From assembly GCF_018350175.1 (NCBI RefSeq), contig NC_058383.1:22446001-22510000 (forward strand): 64,000 bases of DNA. The letters run 5' to 3'. Made by a program: the position numbers and the translations under genes. The notes beneath the pieces are model-generated. The model was given only the letters and a program-made list of their open reading frames with translations, was not told where the DNA came from and searched no databases. The DNA comes from Felis catus (Eukaryota). Below are positions 53,301 to 64,000 of the stretch, in pieces. How positions within the stretch are numbered: the first letter of the stretch is position 1; the number at the start of each line of letters is the position of its first letter.

Positions 53301-53771
53301 TGTAGGGGACAACAACTTTTCCTTTCTTCACTTCTAGGTTCTTTGGCCGATCTAATAGTTGACATGAGACAGATTAACAGGAGAAAAACAAATTTAATTT
53401 TGTACACACGAGAGATCATACAAACATGAGACTCAAAGAAATGACCAAAACAGGCAGCTTGATACCTTTCAGACAAAGAAATAATAAGTTTGTGAATAAT
53501 TGACAACACAAAGCAGTTTGGGCTCAGGGACACCAAATTAATGAAGAAATAATAATGGTTGTTTCTGCAGCCTTCTCAGCCTTGAATTCCCCATCTCTTC
53601 TGGATGCAGGGAGGTCACTGTCCATGAGGGGAATTTACTTCTTGCTTTCAGGGGGACAGGGCAGGGTCAGAGTGTCCATCTGGCACTGGCTGTTTCTTAA
53701 ATAATTTTAATTCAAAATAACCAATATACCAAAGTGGCATCTTTTGGGGCAAGCTGTCCTGAACCCCATCA
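53301..53771 (-). mobile_element. ERV1-type solo LTR
   Basis: Termini TGTAGGGG...CCCCATCA, internal gacagattaacaggagaaaa, flanks gtat/atat. Confidence 0.7.
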
Positions 53772-54077
53772 ATATCCAACTAGTATAATTGTAATTATGA
53801 GAATTCATATATAAACTTGGAAGAAAATCCAGGAGAATGTTTAATTAAAAGAAACACCTCTGTGACTGGAAACCAACAACTGCCCAACAGAGAGAGTGGC
53901 TAAATGTTTAAGAGCAAGAACCACATAAGGCCACGTGGGTGGCTCAGTGGGTTAAGCGGCCAACTCTTGGTTTCGGCTCAGGTCATGATCTCATGGTTCC
54001 CAAGATAGAGTCCTGCATCGAACTCTCTGCTTGGGATTCTCTGTCTCCCTCTCTCTGTGTCCTTCCCTCTTTACCTG

Positions 54078-54118
<41 letters not shown>

Positions 54119-54937
54119 ATAAGTAAATAAACATTTTTAAAAAGAGCAAGAACCACAGATTTTACCACTTAGTAGATACATGACCTTGAAAATAGTACTT
54201 CACATCCATGTTCCATTAATAAAAATACCTAACTTGGGCACCTGGGTGGCTCAATCAGCTGGGTGTCTGACTTTGGCTCAGGTCATGAGCTCAGGGTTTG
54301 TGAGTTCAAGCCCCACATCAGGCTCTGTGCTGACAGCTCAGAGCCTGGAGCCTGCTTTGGATTCTGTGTCTCCCTTTCTCTCTGCCCCTCCTTTGCTTGC
54401 CCTCTGTCTATCTCTCTCTCTCTCTTTCAAAAATAAATAAACATCAAAAAAATGTTTGTTTTAAAAACCTAACTCATAGGTTTAGTGTAAGAATGAAATG
54501 ACCTGATGCTTGTGGAGGGCTTAGTCCAATAAGAAGTAGCCATAATTATTATGCCTTTATAGTTATAATTCAGTAAAAATATAAAAATACTGTAGTTCAG
54601 AGCAATGTAATTATTCGAAAAGTTTGGCCATCATTTAAAAAGAAATTTAAAAATGTGTATTATGCCCATGGGATATGTGGGCACCATTCAAATCCTGTGA
54701 CAAAATTTAGTGAGCATCTACTCTGCACCAAGGCTCAGAAATATTGGCGTGGTTCCTGCCCCTAAGGAGACCACACCCTTAGGTGAAGCCCATCAAAAAG
54801 AGGCCATTCTAAAACAATATGATGAATGCTGATATGATAACCCTTTTGGTTGGCACCACTCCAAGAAGCTTCTAGTAGTTCCAAACACTCATACCCATAA
54901 GAAGCTATTTCCTGGGAAGTTGAGTTTTTAGAAACAC

Positions 54938-55412
54938 TATGGTAGACATTACTATTTGTCCCCCAAATCCATTCTCTTCTTCTTCCTAAGAAAAAAAAAA
55001 ATTGAACTTTTGGCTGTGCACTTGACCATCCAGAACAAAGACTACATTTCCTGGCCCCTCTGGAATCTAAGGAGACTGAGTTCTGGCCAGTGGATGTGAG
55101 GGAAAGCAATATATGCAACTTTCAAGCAGTGCACTGCAGTGGAAGGTGTGCACCCTGCCTCTTCACCTCCCCTCTTCCCACTGGCTGGAATGAAGACACA
55201 GTGGTGCGCCATCTTGGACCATAGAGAGGGAAGCTTTTAGGAATGGCAGAGCGACAATGCAGAAGGAGTCTGACCTCCTAACCAGCATCCAGAGCAGAGC
55301 TGTCATGTTAATTTCAACGTGTATGTGGGAGGGAAATAGACATCAATTTTGTTGGAGCCATTGTTATTTTGTCCTCTGTTACCTGCAGACAAATCTATTT
55401 CTGAAATAATCT
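54938..55412 (+). mobile_element. MLT1I/J-like LTR
   Basis: Contains ccaaatccattctc...actacatttcc...gttctggccagtggatgtgag...gccatcttggacca. Confidence 0.7.
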
Positions 55413-56295
55413 ACGGCATTCCTGGCCCCACCTCTGCAACTTATATTGTAGGAAGTCTATGGTGAAGCCCAGGTATATATTTTATTTAAGCTTCCCGGAT
55501 AATTTATTTTAATGTTCAGACAGTTTGGGGAACTATAGAGTTGCAAATGGCTCAACGAAGCGCTACCAGGAAAGGTCTTGAATGGTAGGTAGGAACTAAC
55601 CAGGCAAAGACTGAGGGGAAAGATAGTCCAAGTAAAGAGGAAAGCCTGAGTCAGTGAGCAACCACATGGTGCTGGCGAGGAATACCCTCAGGGGTTTAGC
55701 ATTCCTGGAGCACGGAACAATAAACACGCAGGACTATGGGATGGAGCTGGAAGGCTGCAGACGTAATCTGTATCACAGAGGGCCCGGGACGCTACCAAAA
55801 TAGTTACCCCTCATAAATTGTGGGAAACCATTTCAGAGTTTAAAGGAGAGGAGTTGACCCAATTAGACTTTTGTTTTTGTTTTAACAGTTTAACATCTTA
55901 GAACACTTGTCTTATTTTTTTTAATTTTTTAAAATATTTATTTATTTTTGAGAGAGAGAGAAACAGAGCACGAACAGGGGAAGGGACAGAGAGAGAGGGA
56001 GACACAGAATCCGAATAAGGCTCCGGTCTCTGAGCTGTCAGCACACAGCCCGACGCAAGGCTCGAACCTATGAACCATGAAATCATGACCTGAGCCGAAA
56101 TCGGACTCTTAAACAACTAAGCCACCCAGGCCCCAGAACACTTGTCTTTACATGTTAATATAGATCGTTACAGACAGGGTCATGCTACACATATTGTCTT
56201 TCAATGACAGTGAGTATTCATCCACAACATCATTTTAAACAGATAAATACCATCTCATTTTATGAATATATCGGATTATTTTTAACCAATCCCAT

Positions 56296-56862
56296 TGTGG
56301 TGATTTCATCTGCTTTAATTTAGCTGAACTAGGACTACATTTCTAAGAATTCCCTTCCCTATGGTCTGGGTTACAGCTGGCCATGAGCAAAATGTGTGCA
56401 AGGTTTGGCAACTGGAAGCAAAGAAGCAGCCATTTTTATGGTCTGTAGGTCGGCATACAGCCCTCTTGCCAGTCACACACGGGGAAGCTGACCTGCTGGT
56501 TCATCTCATTGGCGTGGGCCACCAGCCATGCCTCCAACTGCCCCAACAACTGTGGGTGTCCTTCTGCTTCTCCACACCCTGGGTCATGTGCACAATGGGT
56601 GCCAGCTTCTCCTGCCAGTTACCCACATCATCAAAGTTGGAGGTAGTAACAGATGCATGTTCCAGTCTGTCCTTGTATGTCCCATGCTGTCCTCATGCGC
56701 TCCTGCTCATCTTTGCATTTCCCCGCTTCATAGGTATTTTTCCTTCCTAGCTGGTGACGCTGCTGACTTTCACGCACAACACCAGATTCCAAAAAGCCAC
56801 CCCCTTGCATACTGGTTACATTACCACCGATTCCCCGCTCCCACAATAAATCTCTTATTCCA
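56296..56862 (+). mobile_element. MLT2-like ERVL LTR, 3' end missing
   Basis: Runs from tgtggtg...actacatttctaagaattcccttccct... to caataaatctcttattcc. Confidence 0.6.
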
Positions 56863-59603
56863 AGGGCGCCTGGGTGGCTCAGTTGGTTAAGCAGCAGACT
56901 CTTGATTCCAGCTCGGGTCATGATCTCCTGGTTCATGAGATCTAGCCCCAAGTCAAGCTCCATGCTGATAATGCATGGAGCCTGCTTGGGATTATGTCTC
57001 TCCCTCTCTGCCCCTCCCCTGCTTGCTCCTGCATGCCTGATCACTCTCTCCCTCTGTCTCTCAAAATAAATAAATAAACATTTAACTGAGCCACCCGGGC
57101 GCCCCCGGTAGGTCAGATTATTTACTTAGGATAAATTCCTAGGAATGGGAGTTCTGGATCAAAGAGTGTGGCCATTTTTTAAGGCTTTTAAGTTATGAAA
57201 CCAAATGTGATCCTTAGAAGAATAATGATTTCAGTGAGAATTTAAGCAGCATTGAGTCTGGACATTTTTACATGCCTTGGGGTATTTCTTTTAAAAAATT
57301 TCTTGTTCATATCCTTGCCTGCATGATATTCATCTTTTTCTAATGGATTTGCAAGAGCTATTTATATGTAAAAGATCTTAACCCTCTGTCTGATATACAT
57401 AATGCAAATAATTCTCCAGTCTGTCCTTTGCCTTTATATTTTTCAGTGTGCTTTGGAGATACAGAAATGTTAAATTTTTATATAGCTAACACTATTAATA
57501 CTTTCCTTGGTGATTATTCTTAGAAAAGCCTTGGGCATCTCAAGATTATATTAGTATTCATTTATATCTTTTTTCTAAGCCATTTATTATTTCATTCTAT
57601 GATGTGATTTGGTAGTCTCATATATAAACATGTGAAATTATATTGTACTGGGAGTGTGTGTTTGTATATATTTCTACTTTCTTTTTTTGTCCCATTGATC
57701 TTTCTGTAACAGTATCCCAACTGTTTTGATTATTTTGGTTTCATGATAAATATTAACTATTTAACCTTTATTTTTTTATTTAAAATTTTTAATGTTTCTT
57801 TATGAGAGAGAGAGAGAGAGAGAGAATGAATGAACAGGGGAGGGGCAGAGTGAGAGAGGGACACAGAATCCAAAGCAGGCTCCAGGCTCTGAGCTGTCAG
57901 AGCCCGACGTGGGGCTCAACCCCACAAGCCGAGAGATCATGACCTGCGCCGAAATTGGAGGCTTAACCAACTGAACCACTCAGGCGCCCCTATTTAACCT
58001 ATATGTTAAGCAACTATAAGTTAAATAGTTATCATATGCTAATATGTGAAAGCAAAATAATGAAAATACAGTTATGTTAAATAGTTAACAATTAGTCATG
58101 TTAAATAGTTATGTTTAGGGGCACCTGGGTGGCTCAGTCGGTTAAGCCTACCACTTTGGCTCAGGTCACCATCTCGTGATTCGTGGGTTTGAGCCTCCCG
58201 TCAGGCTCTGTGCTGACCACTCAGAGCCTGAAGCCTGCTTTGGATTCTGTGTCTCCCTCTGTCTCTGCCCCTCCTCTGCTCATGCTCTGTCTCTCTCAAA
58301 AATAAATACACATTAAAAAATAGTTATGTTTAATAGTTAACTGTGTTTTCATTATTTTGGTTTCATGATAAATATTAACTATTTAACATAACTATGTTTT
58401 AATAATTTGTGTTTCATGGCAGTATGCCCAGACAGTGGTCCCCGGTTCTGTCTCTTGCTTCAACAGTGTTTGGAGGGAACAGACCCTGGGACACTCCTTC
58501 TACCAGCCTGCAACCACCCTCCATTTTTTCCAGTCACAACCTTCAGAGCCATCTTCTCGGCCACCCTCTGTCTCCTGGACCAGCCAACGCCCTATTCTGA
58601 GCTGAGCATCTTATTACAGATCAACCACGAGCTCCCACATTCATCAGAATTATTCCACCGAGGTGTAAGCCGCGTCAACTGGCTGGCGGACACGCACTTG
58701 TGAGCCTCCTACTCCAGCTTCTCTCTGGGCTTCTGTTTCCACCACCAGGGCCTGGCTCTCTGCCTCCTGATTTGGCAAGGAGCACAAGGCTCTCTAAAAG
58801 ATGCATAACATGCGAGAGGCCTCACCCTCTTCCCGGGCATTCAGGAGCCCTCGCAGGATGAGTGGGGTAAAGCCCTGGATGCCAGGGAGGCCGCCCTGGT
58901 TCTGGAGAAGAACCTGAAGCAGGCACGTTTGGATCTGCCAGCACACACCCCCTGCTCTGTGACTTCCTGAAGACCCACTTCCTGGATAAGGAGGTGAAAC
59001 TCACCAAGGAGATGTCACTTCTGCAGGCTGGCTGGCCCCCAAGTTGATCTAGAAGGACTAGGAGCCCGCAGCCTTTGAGGGCCCCTCTGGGACCCCTCTG
59101 GTGCTGGGGCTTGTGCCTAAGCCTCTCCCTGCAGCCACTAGACAGTTTTTCAACCACCCTGGAGCCCTGGACCAAAATGGAAACAACAAAGCTTTCTGCA
59201 GAAAAAATAATAATAATTGTTTCATGCCAAATGTGAATTGCTAAGGTGAGACTCATCTTAAAATTCACTTTTTATTATTTTTTTTCCTTTTCAAGTTTTT
59301 ATTGAAATTCTAGTTAACATACAGTGAAATATTAGTTTCAGGTGTAGAATTTAGTGATTCAACACTTCTATACATCACCCAGCGCTCATCACAGGAAGAG
59401 CCCTCCTTAACCCCCATCATCTATTTTACCCATCCCCTGAACCACCTCCCAGAACTCATTAAAAAAATTTTTTTGGAATGCTTATTTAATTTTTTTTTTT
59501 TTTTTTTTTGAGAAAGAGAGAGAGTTTGCACGAGCAGGGGAGGGGTAGAGAGAGAGGTTGAGAGAGAGAATCCCAAGCAGGCTCACCCGTGTCAGCACAG
59601 AGC

Positions 59604-59889
59604 TGGAAGCTGGAGAATTAAAAGCCAATTTCCTGAGGAATCAGAAGAGAAAGATCTTGGCTCCTTGACAAAATTGTTGAACCACTCAACAATCTGAGAC
59701 TGCCTACCACTCAAAACATCTTGTCGTGTGACATAATTGTCTTAATTGTTTCATCCACGGTCAGTTGGTAATTCTGTTATTTGTAGCAAAAAGAACCCCC
59801 TAACTCTTATATAGTTATTTGTTGATTCTGCCTGCCCAGCATGTGGCCCTCTTCTGGCAACTGCATTCTGATTTTCCTTTAGGGGATAC

Positions 59890-59935
<46 letters not shown>

Positions 59936-60297
59936 ATTGGTCCAAGTGAGTTCGCAGTCTCCAGTTCCTGGGGTGAGCACGTGACCAAGTCTGGCTAACT
60001 AGAGTGGCCCACCCACCTACCTACAGTGAGTAGGCTGAGGTTCCCTTCTGAGACATTGGGCAGGACTGTCTGGGAAGAGAAGCTCTCTTTTCATTGGGGT
60101 TCCTGCTTAGGAATTAAACCAACACCAGAAGACAGAGGTGAGGAATGGAAAGACTAGTTTCCGATGATATATATCTTTGAGCTTTTGAGACTCTCCTTTG
60201 TCTGGTTTATCTTTGGACATTTCTTTCAGTTATATGAACCAACAAATTCCTATTCTTTCATAAACCGGTTAACAATGGGAAGAATCCTGACTGATAC
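59604..60297 (+). mobile_element. Old MaLR LTR fragments (MLT1K/L-like) with (CA)n at 59888-59930
   Basis: Contains ttctgttatttgtagc...cctaact, gagcacgtgaccaagtctggc and aagaatcctgactgataca. Confidence 0.55.
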
Positions 60298-61244
60298 AGA
60301 CCATAGTCCTCGTTCACAGACAGGGCCAAAGGGCCTCAGCTGAAGTGTTGGGGGAAGGGCAGCCAGCTACCGGAAGGACAAAGCAAGACAATTCCAAGAG
60401 GTAGCTGCTAACATCTGTTTCATAGATAATAGAAGGTGAGGCCCTGAAGGGCAAATCGACTTACCCAAGGTTGTACAATGAGTAATTAGAAGCATGCAGA
60501 TTCTATCTCAGGCCTAATAAAACTCCCAAACTGAAGTCTTGTTCAACTGAGCCATACTGATTCACAGGGTAGGTCTATAACCAGAAATCAAGCCTGTCTA
60601 TTGCCTCTCAAACATCAAGAGAGTTTTATTGCTGTTGGCTGGGTGGGGCTGAGGACAACCCAGAGTTTCCTTGTATTTGAGAGTCAAGTTCATGGTTCTT
60701 CTCTTAACTATTTTCCAGATCAGTTAAGAAGAGGCAATGGCAGCCATAATTAGGTCTGTGCAACATCACTACTGAGGTCCTTCTCCTGGCCGTCCTCCCC
60801 AGGGCTCCCTACGCCCTGTCTCAGGTTCCGTCACCTTGGCAAGGAAAGGAGCTTCCCTCCATCACTTCCATCTTTTCTTCAGGACATGCAGATGGCTATG
60901 TACATGGATCCAGAAAATTCCAGGTCAGCTGAAGCCCTTCAAAGTGGCCCTGGTGGAACAAGCTAGGACAGCTCCAGTGGCTGTGCCACACCCCTCTGGG
61001 AGGCCCCTCTCAAGTGAGGCTCCCAAGCACACGTCTAGGACCCTGCCAGCAGAAAGCCGTTGCTCACAACATCTCCAGCTCTGTAATAAATTCTTTACCA
61101 TAACACCTTGCTGCTTTTCTCTGGATCCAATCTAGTCAGTGGACTCCATCTCCACAGCCAACCTCTACCAAGTCCAATCTGACCAGCAGCCGGCCTGAGG
61201 GCAGGGTGTCTAGCCCACTGGCGGCTGCCTCTTCATAGAGCCCC

Positions 61245-61560
61245 TCAGCCAGCGGTTCCACAGGGTGGGGAACACACAACTCATGTACCCAGGATGATTT
61301 TTGAGAGGAAGCTTGCAGCTTTAAATAGCATCACTGAATCACACAGTGAGAAGGCCATTTCCCTCTCAATTATTTTTCCGTCTTTCAGATCAAGGAAGAG
61401 AAGCTCTGTTTGTTGTCGATTGTTTTTATAACTCTTCAGCATGTGCTAATCTCTCTTTCTGACATTTTTGGGGGGTTCTTTGTATCTACTGCCTTTGTAC
61501 AGTTATTTTACTTATGGCAATTGGTGCTGGTGTCTAATTTATGGCAGTGATGTTTTACTT
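61245..61560. mobile_element. hAT-Charlie-like DNA transposon relic
   Basis: gaatcacacagtgagaa...gatcaagga...gctaatctc resembles Charlie-family consensus as I recall it. Confidence 0.4.
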
Positions 61561-63189
61561 TTTTTACTTTTATTTTTTTAAGTCTATTTATTTATTTGGA
61601 GAGAGAGAGTGTGTGTGTGTGGGCAGAGGAAGGGCAGGGAGAGAGAATCCCAGGCAAGATCAGCACTGCCAGCATGGAGCCTGAAGCGAGGTTCGAACCC
61701 ATGAACTGTGAGATCATGGCCTGAGCTGAAGTCAAATTCGGATGCTTAGCTGACTGAGCCACCCAGGCGCCCCAAATGTATCCATTTTAAATGAATCTGT
61801 TCAAAGGCAAATAATAGGTGAATAATGACAGAGACTAGGTACTGTATGGCAATAATAATGCGGGTGGGAAACAAATCACTTAAATTCAGCAACTGCTGCT
61901 CAGAGCCCAGGGGCTCCCCACAGGGGTCCCTAGCCTCCCCTCTCCATTTCAATGAACGTATCCACAGGCAACTCTGTCAGAGTGGTTATCAAGACAGGAA
62001 GGTAACCTTGTGCTACCCCAGCCAGACGGACATCTCCCTTCCTTCCCGCATGACAAAAGTCTCCAACCTCCTGAGCGTGTGCTGGGTCAGGAGGCTTTCT
62101 TGCTAATCTGCTCTTCCATCCACCAAAATAGGGAGTAGAGTCCTGGGGATCCCCTAGTACTGGATCCTCCAGGAACCCTTCGTAGGTCAGTAGCACTGAC
62201 CATCAGCACAGAGCACGTGTGGGCAGGAATGGCTGGGAGACCTTCCTGGGAGGCCTTCCCAGGGGGACACAGAATCCAAAGCACCTCGAGATCATGACCT
62301 GTGCCAGTCAGACGCTTAACCAACCAAGCCACCCAGGCACCCCTGGATGTTGGAGAACTTTTTATAGAGAGCTGTCACTAGGAGTCTGGCCAGAAGCTTT
62401 AGTGTTTCTAAAGTTTGGTCCTTCAAACTCCATCAGAATCACGTACTAAAAATATAGATTTCCCTATGGACTCAGGACCTCTCAATGGGGCCTAAGGGTC
62501 TAAACTTTTTAATCAGATATTTACCATCAGGAAAATTTGAGAAACTATACTGGCAAAAAGACCAGTTATAAAGAAAGATATCTTGGGGTGCCTGGGTGGC
62601 TCAGTTGGTTAAGTGGCCAACTTCAGCTCAGGTCGTGATCTCATGGTTTGTGAGTTTGAGCCCCATGTCAGGCTCTATGCTGACAGCTCAGAGCCTGGAG
62701 CCTGCTTTGGGTTCTGTGTCTCCCTCTCTCTCTACCCTTCCCCTGCTTGCACTTTGTCTCTCTCTTTCTCTCAAAAATAAATAAACATTAAAAAAAAGAG
62801 AGAGAAAGATACCTTGGGGTGCATGGTGGCTCAGTCGGTTAAGTGAATGACTCGACTTTGGCTCAGGTCATGATCTCCAGTTCATGGGATTGAGCCCCAT
62901 GTTAGGCTCTGCACTGACAGCACAAAGACTGCTTGGGATTCTCTCTCTCTCCTCTCTCTCTGACCCTCCCCTGCTTGTGCTCATTTGCTCGCTCTCTCTC
63001 TCTCTCTCTCTCTCAAAATAAGTAAATATACTTAAAAAAAAAAAGAAATATACCTCTCCCCCTTCCATATCCCTTTTCCCTCTGCTCATCCCATTTTCCC
63101 TCTATTTCTCTATTTCTTTTAAGTTTAAAATAAAGTGTGCCCTGAGTGCCTACAACCACAGTGTGAATGTGTGTTATGGATGGTCTTGT

Positions 63190-63590
63190 ACATCCTCAGT
63201 TGGGTTTCCCCAGAAATGCCCTGTAGATTGGAGGGCAAATTGTTTATCTGTGAGAGAATCCAGGAAGCAGTGGACAAAGAGTGGGGATGAGACCAGAGGA
63301 AAGGAGACAATACAGGGTTCTTTAACAAGCAGCCCCACGCTGTGGGTAACCGGGCTCAAACCTGCTAGAGGATTTCAAGAGTGAAAAGAACATGCCTCTA
63401 AACTGTCCTGCCTCACCGGTGGATAAACTGAGTATTTATCTGCCATTCTCTACCTGTCATTGGTTGAGAGCCACTCCTAGGGCCATTAACTCCCCAGCAC
63501 TTCAACTTGCCCTCACACAAGCTAAGTACATGCCTGTGCCAGACAAAGTCCATGAGCAGAGTATCATCTGTGCTTGTAGGAAGAAGCCAT
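63190..63590 (-). mobile_element. LTR16/LTR33-like ERVL LTR
   Basis: Contains gggtttccccagaa...gtttat..g.gag...aggaagca...gctgtgggtaac.gggctca...tcattggttgag. Confidence 0.55.
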
Positions 63591-63592
63591 TG

Positions 63593-64000
63593 GGCTTCCT
63601 CAAAAGATTAAAAAATAATGCTACCATAGGATCCACCAACCCCACTTTTGGGTATGTATCCAAAGGAAATGAAATCACTATCTCGAAGAGATAAGTGGAC
63701 TCCCATGTTCATTGCAGGATTATTAGCAACCCAAATGTCCGTTGACATAGATAAGTGGATAAAGAAAATGTAACATACGCACACAATGGAATATTATTTG
63801 GTCCCCAAAAAGAAAGACATTCTATCATTTGTGACCATGTGGATGAGCCTAGAGGGTATTACGCTCAGTGAAACAAGTGAGTCACAGAAAGAAATACCAT
63901 ACGATTCCTCTCATATGAGGCATCTCAGAGTCAAAAGCTTAGAAGTAGACAATAGAATGGTCGTCATCAAGGGGTGGGCAAGGAGCAGGAGACAAGCTGT
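63593..64000 (+). mobile_element. L1MA-like 3' fragment
   Basis: Contains ttcctcaaaagattaaaa...cccacttttgggtatgtatccaaaggaaatgaaatca...cccatgttcattgcag. Confidence 0.85.

Larger units (their letters stand above)
1..63045. mobile_element. Dispersed Can-SINE (SINEC, tRNA-derived) copies, more than 50 in the window
   Basis: Each copy has a head GGGGCGCCTGGGTGGCTCAG...GGTCATGATCTC...GAGCCC, a (CT)n tract and an AAATAAATAAA tail, usually with a TSD. Approximate plus-strand starts: 1218, 2963 (short), 3262, 3964, 6808, 8357, 9142, 10788, 11108, 13706, 14692, 15304, 17709, 18812, 20853, 22033, 30612, 37163, 38871, 39367, 43243, 46159, 48690, 50407, 51989, 52420, 53929, 54236, 56864, 58118, 62585, 62816. 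Approximate minus-strand ends: 3963, 4368, 5261, 14486, 15658, 18382, 18675, 20063, 22510, 30575, 32090, 33753, 34749, 35125, 44006, 47066, 50010, 50660, 51190, 52250, 56134, 57990, 59603, 61773, 62344. Confidence 0.97.

Noticed and set aside
53009..53536. 175-aa ORF
   Set aside because: It spans an LTR/L2 boundary, has a non-ATG start and shows no protein-like motif.
1229..63089. Dozens of similar short ORFs (MAQSVKRPTSAQVMIS..., ERERERE..., LSLSLSQK)
   Set aside because: They are translations of Can-SINE bodies and (CT)n tracts, often from non-ATG starts, and do not form a gene family.
1..64000. CRISPR array, operon or other prokaryotic system
   Set aside because: This is mammalian repeat-rich DNA with no regularly spaced repeat-spacer array and no compact gene cluster.

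Overview
Mammalian genomic DNA, almost certainly from a felid (cat-like). It carries more than 50 tRNA-derived Can-SINEs, four of them near-identical young SINEC_Fc-type copies. I find no recognisable host protein-coding gene, rRNA, functional tRNA or CRISPR array, so the window reads as intergenic or deep-intronic. It is dominated by transposable elements: one full-length but inactivated carnivore LINE-1 on the minus strand (~22.5-29.3 kb), a 5'-truncated L1 with a 3' transduction (~40.9-43.1 kb), old L1M/L2/MIR relics, MaLR/ERVL/ERV1 solo LTRs and hAT-type MITEs. Nearly all ORFs in the track are SINE or L1 read-throughs. The most notable observations are: (1) two Can-SINEs ~25 kb apart, in opposite orientation, that share the same ~100-bp non-SINE 5' leader, one clearly enclosed by a target-site duplication (TSD), a candidate extended or chimeric retroposon; (2) a ~280-bp L1 3' transduction; (3) an antisense-facing ETS/SP/CTCF/NRF1/YY1 motif cluster in the L1 5'UTR; (4) deletion scars at inverted SINE pairs and a micro-scale direct/inverted/direct rearrangement. 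Repeat subfamily names come from my recollection of consensus sequences and need RepeatMasker/Dfam confirmation. Boundaries of old elements are approximate.
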